Source: Macrostomum lignano
Lineage: Eukaryota
Direction: 5' to 3'
DNA: 49,513 bases
NCBI GenBank assembly: GCA_002269645.1
Contig: NIVC01004341.1
Coordinates: forward strand, 1-49,513
Shown here in pieces: positions 35,975 through 45,201 of this stretch (positions are counted from its first letter, which is position 1; each line of letters starts with the position of its first letter). The notes below the pieces were generated by a model. That model was not told the origin of the DNA. It did no database searches and saw nothing but the letters and a program-made list of their open reading frames with translations. The position numbers were made by a program, and so were the translations under genes.

Positions 35975-38900
35975 ACACCTCATACTGCTCCCCCTCTGAC
36001 ACACCTCATGCAGACTGCTCCCCTTCTGACACACCTCAAACTGCTCTCCCCTCTGACACACCTCATGCAGACTGCTCCCCTTCTGACACACCTCAGACTA
36101 CTCCCCTTCTGACACACCTCATACTGCTCCCCCTCTGACACACCTCATGCAGACTACTCCCCTTCTGACACACCTCAAACTGCTCTCCCCTCTGACACAC
36201 CTCATGCAGACTACTCCCCCTCTGACACACCTCATGCAGACTACTCCCCTTCTGACACACCTCATGCAGACTGCTCCCCTTCTGACACACCTCATGCAGA
36301 CTACTCCCCCTCTGACACACCTCATGCAGACTACTCCCCCTCTGACACACCTCATGCAGACTACTCCCCTTCTAACACACCTCATGCAGACTACTCCCCT
36401 TCTGACACACCTCATGCAGACTACTCCCCTTCTGACACACCTCAAACTGCTCTCCCCTCTGACACACCTTAAACTGTTCTCCCCTCTGACACACCTCAAA
36501 CTGCTCCCCCCTTTGACACACCTCAAACTGCTCCCCCCTCTGACACACCTCAAACTGCTCTCCCTCTGACACACCTCAAACTGCTCCCCCCTCTGACACA
36601 CCTCAAACTGCTCCCCCTCTGACACACCTCAAACTGTTCTCCCCTCTGACACACCTCAAACTGCTCCCCCCTCTGACACACCTCAAACTGTTCTCCCTCT
36701 GACACACCTCAACCTACTCCCCCTCTGACACACCTCATGCAGACTACTCCCCTTCTAACACACCTCATGCAGACTACTCCCCCTCCGACACACCTCAAAC
36801 TGCTCCCCCTCTGACACACCTCACACTGCTCCCCCTCCGACACACCTCAAACTGCTCCCCCTCTGACACACCTCAAACTGCTCCCCCTCTGACACACCTC
36901 AAACTGCTCCCCCTCTGACACACCTCAAACTGCTCCCCCTCTGACACACCTCAAACTGCTCCCCCTCTGACACACCTCACACTGCTCCCCCTCTGACACA
37001 CCTCAAACTGCTCCCCCTCTGACACACCTCACACTGCTCCCCCTCTGACACACCTCAAACTGCTCCCCCTCTGACACACCTCAAACTGCTCCCCTCTGAC
37101 ACACCTCAAACTGCTCCCCCTCTGACACACCTCAAACTGCTCCCCCTCTGACACACCTCAAACTGCTCCCCCTCTGACACACCTCAAACTGCTCCCCCTC
37201 TGACACACCTCAAACTGCTCCCCCTCTGACACAACTCAAACTGCTCCCCCTCTGACACACCTCACACTGCTCCCCCTCTGACACACCTCAAACTGCTCCC
37301 CCTCTGACACACCTCAAACTGCTCTCCCTCTGACACACCTCAAACTGCTCCCCCTCTGACACACCTCAAACTGCTCCCCCTCTGACACACCTCAAACTGC
37401 TCCCCCTCTGACACACCTCAAACTGCTCCCCCTCTGACACACCTCAAACTGCTCCCCCTCTGACACACCTCAAACTGCTCCCCTCTGACACACCTCAAAC
37501 TGCTCCCCCTCTGACACACCTCAAACTGCTCCCCCTCTGACACACCTCAAACTGCTCCCCCTCTGACACACCTCAAACTGCTCCCCCTCTGACACACCTC
37601 AAACTGCTCCCCTCTGACACACCTCACACTGCTCCCCCTCTGACACACCTCAAACTGCTCCCCTCTGACACACCTCAAACTGCTCCCCTCTGACACACCT
37701 CAAACTGCTCCCCCTCTGACACACCTCAAACTGCTCCCCCTCTGACACACCTCAAACTGCTCCCCCTCTGACACACCTCATGCAGACTACTCCCCTTCTA
37801 ACACACCTCATGCAGACTACTCCCCCTCCGACACACCTCAAACTGCTCCCCTCTGACACACCTCACAACTGCTCCCCCTCTGACACACCTCAAACTGTTC
37901 TCCCTCTGACACACCTCAACCTACTCCCCCTCTGACACACCTCATGCAGACTACTCCCCTTCTAACACACCTCATGCAGACTACTCCCCCTCCGACACAC
38001 CTCAAACTGCTCCCCCTCTGACACACCTCAAACTGCTCCCCCTCTGACACACCTCAAACTGCTCCCCCTCTGACACACCTCAAACTGCTCCCCTCTGACA
38101 CACCTCAAACTGCTCCCCCTCTGACACACCTCAAACTGCTCCCCCTCTGACACACCTCAAACTGCTCCCCCTCTGACACAACTCAAACTGCTCCCCCTCT
38201 GACACACCTCACACTGCTCCCCCTCTGACACACCTCAAACTGCTCCCCCTCTGACACACCTCAAACTGCTCTCCCTCTGACACACCTCAAACTGCTCCCC
38301 CCTCTGACACACCTCAAACTGCTCCCCCTCTGACACACCTCAAACTGCTCCCCTCTGACACACCTCAAACTGCTCCCCCTCTGACACACCTCAAACTGCT
38401 CCCCTCTGACACACCTCAAACTGCTCCCCCTCTGACACACCTCAAACTGCTCCCCCTCTGACACACCTCAAACTGCTCCCCCTCTGACACACCTCAAACT
38501 GCTCCCCTCTGACACACCTCAAACTGCTCCCCCTCTGACACACCTCAAACTGCTCCCCCTCTGACACACCTCACACTGCTCCCCCTCTGACACACCTCAA
38601 ACTGCTCCCCCTCTGACACACCTCAAACTGCTCCCCCTCTGACACACCTCAAACTGCTCCCCCTCTGACACACCTCAAACTGCTCCCCCTCTGACACACC
38701 TCAAACTGCTCCCCCTCTGACACACCTCATGCAGACTACTCCCCTTCTAACACACCTCATGCAGACTACTCCCCCTCCGACACACCTCAAACTGCTCCCC
38801 CTCTGACACACCTCACACTGCTCCCCCTCCGACACACCTCAAACTGCTCCCCCTCTGACACACCTCAAACTGTTCTCCCTCTGACACACCTCAACCTACT

Positions 38901-40410
38901 CCCCCTCTGACACACCTCATGCAGACTACTCCCCTTCTAACACACCTCATGCAGACTACTCCCCCTCCGACACACCTCAAACTGCTCCCCTCTGACACAC
39001 CTCAAACTGCTCCCCTCTGACACACCTCAAACTGCTCCCCCTCTGACACACCTCAAACTGCTCCCCCTCTGACACACCTCAAACTGCTCCCCCTCTGACA
39101 CACCTCAAACTGCTCCCCCTCTGACACACCTCAAACTGCTCCCCCTCTGACACACCTCAAACTGCTCCCCCTCTGACACACCTCAAACTGCTCCCCTCTG
39201 ACACACCTCAAACTGCTCCCCCTCTGACACACCTCAAACTGCTCCCCCTCTGACACACCTCAAACTGCTCCCCCTCTGACACACCTCAAACTGCTCCCCC
39301 TCTGACACACCTCAAACTGCTCCCCCTCTGACACACCTCAAACTGCTCCCCCTCTGACACACCTCAAACTGCTCCCCCTCTGACACACCTCAAACTGCTC
39401 CCCTCTGACACACCTCAAACTGCTCCCCCTCTGACACACCTCACACTGCTCCCCCTCTGACACACCTCAAACTGCTCCCCCTCTGACACACCTCAAACTG
39501 CTCCCCCTCTGACACACCTCAAACTGCTCCCCCTCTGACACACCTCAAACTGCTCCCCCTCTGACACACCTCAAACTGCTCCCCCTCTGACACACCTCAA
39601 ACTGCTCCCCCTCTGACACACCTCAAACTGCTCCCCCTCTGACACACCTCAAACTGCTCCCCCTCTGACACACCTCAAACTGCTCCCCCTCTGACACACC
39701 TCAAACTGCTCCCCCTCTGACACACCTCAAACTGCTCCCCCTCTGACACACCTCAAACTGCTCCCCCTCTGACACACCTCAAACTGCTCCCCCTCTGACA
39801 CACCTCAAACTGCTCCCCCTCTGACACACCTCAAACTGCTCCCCCTCTGACACACCTCAAACTGCTCCCCCTCTGACACACCTCAAACTGCTCTCCCTCT
39901 GACACACCTCAAACTGCTCCCCCTCTGACACACCTCAAACTGCTCCCCCTCTGACACACCTCAAACTGCTCCCCCTCTGACACACCTCACACTGCTCCCC
40001 TCTGACACACCTCAAACTGCTCCCCCTCTGACACACCTCAAACTGCTCCCCTCTGACACACCTCAAACTGCTCCCCCTCTGAAACACCTCAAACTGCTCC
40101 CCCTCTGACACACCTCACACTGCTCCCCCTCTGACACACCTCAAACTGCTCCCCCTCTGACACACCTCAAACTACTCCCCCTCTGACACACCTCAAACTG
40201 CTCCCCCTCTGACACACCTCAAACTACTCCCCCTCTGACGCACCTCAAACTGCTCCCCCTCCGACACACCTCAAACTGCTCCCCCTCTGACACACCTCAA
40301 ACTGCTCCCCCTCTGACACACCTCAAACTGCTCCCCCTCTGACACACCTCACACTGCTCCCCCTCTGACACACCTCAAACTGCTCCCCCTCTGACACACC
40401 TCACACTGCT
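35975..40410. repeat. 26-bp satellite (CTGACACACCTCAAACTGCTCCCCCT), ~4.4 kb
   Basis: Period of 26 measured directly; makes up most of the intron. Confidence 0.98.
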
Positions 40411-40630
40411 CGAAACTCACCAAAAATTTCAGGTGTGATTCAGACGATGCAATACACTGCAAAGACAATCAGGCAAAAATTAATAAGTAATTTCACACGA
40501 TTTGTAACTTCATTTGTTCAAAGTTTGCGAAAATTTTGCGAAACTACATTCTTTATTTTCTATTACAAGTAGTATCAAAATAATATTATTCGCATATTGT
40601 AATCCAAAATAAAAACGCGCAAAATTGCAG

Positions 40631-40745
40631 CGTCATGATGCCGATTGGAGTCGGGTCAACTGGCGGAGGATTAACGCTAATCTTAATCTCCGGATTTATC
40701 TTCGTGCACGCCTTCTGCGTTATCTACGACGACACAGAGCACCAG
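40631..40745 (+). CDS. Membrane protein of unknown family, second exon (TM2)
   Basis: Acceptor TTGCAG|C is phase-2 compatible; reads (S)VMMPIGVGSTGGGLTLILISGFIFVHAFCVIYDDTEHQ; donor CAG|GTAGGT. With exon 1 it forms a TM hairpin reminiscent of PIRT/TMEM100-type proteins (inference). Confidence 0.65.
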
Positions 40746-40821
40746 GTAGGTCCAGAGTTTTATACTAATTGGTGGAATGTGAAACCAGTCAAACAGTTTT
40801 TCCCTTCTGTGAGTTGCGTGA

Positions 40822-41381
40822 ATTGCTATGGGAATGCCAAGCATGATCTCAACTGGTTGCTATGGCTTGCCGAACATTATCTCAACTGGTTGCTATGGGA
40901 ATGCCAAGCATGATCTCAACTGGTTGCTATGGCTTGCCGAACATTATCTCAACTGGTTGCTATGGGAATGCCAAGCATGATCTCAACTGGTTGCTATGGC
41001 TTGCCGAACATTATCTCAACTGGTTGCTATGGGAATGCCGAGCATGATCTCAACTGGTTGCTATGGCTTTCCGAACATTATCTCAACTGGTTGCTATGGG
41101 AATGCCGAACATTATCTCAACTGGTTGCTATGGGAATGCCAAGCATGATCTCAACTGGTTGCTATGGCTTGCCGAACATTATCTCAACTGGTTGCTATGG
41201 GAATGCCGAGCATGATCTCAACTGGTTGCTATGGCTTGCCGAACATTATCTCAACTGGTTGCTATGGGAATGCCGAGCATGATCTCAACTGGTTGCTATG
41301 GCTTGCCGAACATTATCTCAACTGGTTGCTATGGGAATGCCGAGCATGATCTCAACTGGTTGCTATGGCTTGCCGAACATT
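40822..41381. repeat. 33/34-bp dimeric satellite (ATCTCAACTGGTTGCTATGG core), cut off by the Polinton
   Basis: Alternating ...GGCTTGCCGAACATT and ...GGGAATGCCAAGCATG units; ends abruptly at 41381. Confidence 0.95.
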
Positions 41382-41659
41382 AGTAGTAGGGAAAAAGACG
41401 CTTCCAGACCCAGAGCACTTTTTTAACAGCCGTTTTAAGGGTCTAGAGGGGGGACACGGGGGGGTAAATAAAAAACACATCTAAACACCCTTAACACATC
41501 TAATCACCCATAATCACCCACAACACCCCTTAATACCAAAAATCAATATAACCCATCCCCAACTCATCTTATCACACCCCTCGTGTCCCCCCTCTGGAAC
41601 CTTATAAACGATCATTAAAAAAGGTCTGATCTGGAAGCGTCTTTTTCCCTACTACTACT
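41382..41659. repeat. Palindromic terminal segment of the Polinton
   Basis: 41382-41408 (AGTAGTAGGGAAAAAGACGCTTCCAGA) is the exact reverse complement of 41630-41656; imperfect pairing extends about 85 bp. Confidence 0.9.
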
Positions 41660-41713
41660 CTATAACCCCTTGCCCGCGCCGCAGGCGCGAAGGGTCTTTT
41701 TCTGTTACTAAAA

Positions 41714-42028
41714 ATGACCCGAGTTTACACCTTTTCTGTTAGTGATACTTTTGAGACTGTTGCTAAAAATGCAGAGATAATAAAACAACATATTTTGAAT
41801 GGAATAATTGATGAAGTTTATTTAAAATATGACGACAAGCATGACCTAAAGCTTTATCCATTAGAGCTAGATGAGATGTATGATTTAGAACAAGAGGGTG
41901 AGTTAATATTTCAACTTGGAGATTATTTAAATTCGGATGATTGGGAGGTTAGATCAACAGATTCCGAATCAACAAATAGTTCATATGAAACCAGTGATTC
42001 AGAGAATGAAAGTGAAATTTTTATGTGA
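41714..42028 (+). CDS. Polinton hypothetical acidic protein (104 aa)
   Basis: Intact ORF with AAAAATG start and acidic C-terminus; no recognised motif. Confidence 0.6.
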   Translation: MTRVYTFSVSDTFETVAKNAEIIKQHILNGIIDEVYLKYDDKHDLKLYPLELDEMYDLEQEGELIFQLGDYLNSDDWEVRSTDSESTNSSYETSDSENESEIFM

Positions 42029-42044
42029 AAAAAATATTTAAAAA

Positions 42045-42299
42045 ATGAACTATTATTCTATAACAGAAACGACGTTTATTATGAAAAATATATATAAAAA
42101 AATGAAGGTAAATCGAACCCATGGTTCGCGTGCTTTGCACGATTATTCCTACATCGGAAATGTTCCAATTAATGAACTTAATGAAAATTTAAGTTTGATA
42201 ACAGTTGAACAAATGTCAATAATAATATTAGTAACAATAATAGTAATAATATTGTTTTTGTTTGTAATAAAAAATTTACTACCATGTTGTCTTAAGTAA
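42045..42299 (+). CDS. Polinton small single-pass membrane protein
   Basis: C-terminal hydrophobic helix IIILVTIIVIILFLFVI followed by KNLLPCCLK; contains one double-hairpin element in frame. Confidence 0.55.
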   Translation: MNYYSITETTFIMKNIYKKMKVNRTHGSRALHDYSYIGNVPINELNENLSLITVEQMSIIILVTIIVIILFLFVIKNLLPCCLK

Positions 42300-42309
42300 C
42301 TGTTCGAAC

Positions 42310-43456
42310 TTAGTTCGCTGATATTAGTTGGTTCTCATAAAACGAACCCAATATTTCTTCACCGTCCTTATCAGCAATTATATAGGTTGTAGGATTGGTA
42401 TTTAAAACTTTACTGATAGTAAATTTCTCACTTATCTTCCAATATCCTTTTCTTCCTTTTTCAAACTTATCTTTCCATTTATAGATATAAACAGAATCAC
42501 CAACCTTAAAAGATTTCTTTTTATTTTTTTCAAATTTTCCAAAAGTAACTTTAACGTTTTCAGGATTGTTATAAGCTTGTTGAGGAGTCATCTTTATCGC
42601 CGAATGATATGAATTGTTATAATCTTTCACTACGTCTGGTAATATTTTTACCCATTTTTGGTTACCATTAAGACTAAACTGAAACCACAATTTCTTACCT
42701 AAAGTTCGATTAAATCTTTCTATTAATGCGTTTTTGCTTTCTCCATAAATAGAATAAATTTTATTAATATACTCCCCATTCGCGTCTTTTTTCCTTTCTT
42801 GTCCTTTTTCAAAATGATATAATTTATACATATGAGGATTGTAAAATTCTTTTCCTTCGTCAACACACAAACGTTCGCTTTTTTCTCCAAGACTTCTAAA
42901 AGCAGCAGCAACATCCTCTCCTTTTTTGGATTTCAAAGGAACAGCCCACGCGTATCGAGTAAAACCATCTAATATGGTTAAGATATATTTATATCCTCTT
43001 TCGTTCGGCATCGACATTAAATCAGCATACCAAATTTCATTCTTTTTGAAGTTCATGATTTTTCTATAAAATTTCGGTTTTCGATATTCTTTATGAAGAA
43101 TCTTTGCCTCATCAGAACTTAACCCACCACCACTTAACAACAAACACTCAACACAATTATTTCCATGTTGATTATAATTAATTCCCAAACCAAATTTAAC
43201 TTTAGACTGCAAGATCTTTTTAACCATCCACCTAGTTAATTTTTGACCTACCGATAATCCCTGCAAGTTATCTAATCCTTGAATCATTTTTTGATCGGCT
43301 TCATGTTTTAATCTTAATGCTTCCTCGGGGTGTTCTTATCAGCATCTCTGTATGCTAAGTCATGATAGTATGCTAACCAATCAATTCCATTTATGGAATT
43401 GAATCGGCTTTTGGGGTGTCATCAGGATTTAATCTCAAATCTAAGCGAGTGCCGGG
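42310..43456 (-). CDS. PLA2-integrase fusion, exon 2 (PLA2 catalytic half, rve integrase, chromo-like tail); two single-base deletions near 43394 and 43328
   Basis: PGTRLDLRLNPDD...INGIDWLAYYHDLAY...KHEADQKM...KILQSKVKFGLG is in frame, after two +1 corrections, with the DDE integrase motifs WYADL, CVDEGKEF and ERFNRTL. Confidence 0.88.
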
Positions 43457-43789
43457 TAGTTTACCCTCAATCTTTCGAAAGAGGCTGGAGCACACCTTAA
43501 GCGGCGATAATTACCGCCCATCTCCGTCTGCTCTCTGAACCTTCTCCTTATATTTAAAATACTTAGGAGCTTGGCTGCGCATTGCCACCGTGTCTTCAAG
43601 CTTGTTACCATCGAACCATAGGTTCGCGTGCAAAGCACGATTGGGAAGAGGAGTTACCTCTGTTCCTTCAAAAGATTTCTCAATTGAAGTGGTACTTGAA
43701 GCTGTATGACGGGTTTCACGCAATTTGGAGATGTCGCCACAAATAGTGACTAGCAAGGACATTGCCTTCCTCACTCAGGCCACGGGTTA
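43457..43789 (-). ncRNA. Group I intron (IC1-like ribozyme, 333 nt, no homing-endonuclease ORF)
   Basis: P motif AAATTGCGTGAAA; Q AATGCGCAGCCAAG; R GTTCAGAGAGCA; S AAGGTGTGCTCC. P3 CATCTCC/GGAGATG; P7 GAGCA/TGCTC; P5abc with A-rich bulge TGGTAACAAG and GAAA loop; IGS GCCTG pairs with exon CAGGT (U.G). Removal restores NFTG|PGT. Confidence 0.93.
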
Positions 43790-43915
43790 ACCTGTGAAGT
43801 TCATTGATGGTAGGTGTAGTTCCCCTGTATATTTACCAGTAGTAAAGATTGGTGGTAAGCTTGTTAATCCTTTTTGAACATCTAACAATCCTCCTTCAAA
43901 CACTATTTGGTTCAT
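43790..43915 (-). CDS. PLA2-integrase fusion, exon 1
   Basis: AAAAATG start; MNQIVF...GELHLPSMNFTG matches the ELHLPG(Y)N(F/Y)xGPGT motif of Polinton/parvovirus-type PLA2; the intron begins with TAA. Confidence 0.88.
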
Positions 43916-44465
43916 TTTTAATAGCCTTAAAAATACATGAAAGCACCAATTGTTTTGCAAACTCTTCAATGGTTGGTTGTTTAACTTTTTTATAGTTATT
44001 ATCTACGCTAGTTAAGTATCTTTTATTTGTCCAATGTTCAGACTTTTTCATCTGATCTTCATCTTTGTAACTAAACGAAGAAGCGGGAATGAAATGATCA
44101 ATATCTAAATTTCCAGTATAATCTTTTGAAACATAATATTTTCTTGTGAAATTTAACCAATCAAAAAAGAATTCTTTTGTGCAATCAAGATATGAGATAT
44201 AGTCCTTGTCATTAAAATTTTTCAACGCCCAATTTATTCTATTTCTAATTAAAACAATATGTTTGTAATTATCATCATTGTGATACTTGTTTTTTCTATA
44301 TTCATTAAATTTATCTTTATTGTTTTTCATCCAAATAGTAGATGAGGTATTATGACAAGATCGACAATCATTTCTAAATTTTTTTGAATCATTTCTCCAA
44401 AAATAAAATTCTTTCGTCATTGGTTTTTCTTGTTTACACTTAATACAAATCTTTTTAGGTTCCAT
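43896..44465 (-). CDS. Free-standing HNH endonuclease with N-terminal zinc ribbon
   Basis: CIKC...CRSC zinc finger and DIDHFIP...HWTN...DNNYK, resembling the HIDH..P...CFH.TNLQPL..EN..K HNH nucleases of large DNA viruses; overlaps the PLA2 start by 20 nt. Confidence 0.78.
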   Translation of the reverse strand: MEPKKICIKCKQEKPMTKEFYFWRNDSKKFRNDCRSCHNTSSTIWMKNNKDKFNEYRKNKYHNDDNYKHIVLIRNRINWALKNFNDKDYISYLDCTKEFFFDWLNFTRKYYVSKDYTGNLDIDHFIPASSFSYKDEDQMKKSEHWTNKRYLTSVDNNYKKVKQPTIEEFAKQLVLSCIFKAIKNEPNSV

Positions 44466-44492
44466 TTTATAAAAAATAAATTTAACAATTAA

Positions 44493-45164
44493 TTAAACTC
44501 CAGTATGTCCAGCAGCTTTCGCAGCAGCTAAAACAAGTTTTCGCGGTGTTTTAAATCCTTCTCCAACAGCTGGTTTGTTATTTATAGAATTAACAATCCT
44601 TTTATACAAGCTGGTATTTTTAGCAGCTCTTACTCCCAACTCATCATAAAAAATTTTTGCACTTACTAATTCATCCCTAGTATATAATTCAGGGTTAAAT
44701 TTTACCCTAGGGTTCATAACAATATTATATGCTCCGCCCAATTCTCTATATAGTTCATTTCGATTTTTATCAACTCCACCAATTCGATAATTATTATTAC
44801 CTAAATCTGTCACAGCAATACTAGTTGGTGCAGCTCTCGGATATTCATCAACTCCACCCCTTTCTGCAGCCCTAATCTCTGCAACTCTCAATTGAGCTTG
44901 ATCAACATCATAAGCTGGCGGCTCATCCAAAATTTCATCCTCTTTTGGCTCCGTATTTTTAGCAATTTTTTCCAGAAGATCTTTATCTGTTTTTTCTAGT
45001 TCACTAATTTTCCCAGTAATAGGATTAACAAAAGGAGCAGCAAATCTTTCACCCGCTAATTGTATTCCTAACTTTCTTTTTTGTAAATTTCTAACAAAAT
45101 CAGAATATCTTTGCTTCTCTTTATAAATCGCTAACTCTCCATCAACGTCCATAAATTGACTCAT
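44493..45164 (-). CDS. Polinton hypothetical protein (223 aa)
   Basis: Intact ORF with AAAAATG start; F..PIT..L-like motif of the kind seen in Polinton accessory ORFs; function unassigned. Confidence 0.65.
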   Translation of the reverse strand: MSQFMDVDGELAIYKEKQRYSDFVRNLQKRKLGIQLAGERFAAPFVNPITGKISELEKTDKDLLEKIAKNTEPKEDEILDEPPAYDVDQAQLRVAEIRAAERGGVDEYPRAAPTSIAVTDLGNNNYRIGGVDKNRNELYRELGGAYNIVMNPRVKFNPELYTRDELVSAKIFYDELGVRAAKNTSLYKRIVNSINNKPAVGEGFKTPRKLVLAAAKAAGHTGV

Positions 45165-45201
45165 TTTTTAACATAAAAAACTTTTTTAACTTAAAAAAAT
45201 G
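45162..45201. promoter_or_regulatory. Near-palindromic 34-bp intergenic region between divergent start codons
   Basis: CATTTTTTAACATAAAAAACTTTTTTAACTTAAAAAAATG is nearly its own reverse complement. Confidence 0.55.

Noticed and set aside
41382-41659. Stand-alone MITE at the Polinton edge
   Set aside because: Flanks AACATT and CTATAA do not form a TSD; better read as part of the Polinton end.
41675-41692. CGCGCC-GCA-GGCGCG hairpin as a tenth double-hairpin element
   Set aside because: Only one hairpin and no AT flanks; at most a half element.
43441-43774. ORFs 43511-43774 and 43441-43638 as intron-encoded endonucleases
   Set aside because: Short, non-ATG-context or motif-less, no LAGLIDADG, His-Cys, GIY-YIG or HNH signature, and they overlap the ribozyme core.
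43457-43789. Insertion read as a piggyBac-like element (TTAA-CCC...GGG-TAAA)
   Set aside because: No real TIRs, the right flank is not TTAA, and the implied empty site would contain an in-frame stop; the group I fold explains the whole insert.
43457-43791. Insertion read as a spliceosomal intron using AG|GTTAAC
   Set aside because: The nearby AG acceptors put TAA or TGA in frame and there is no polypyrimidine tract.
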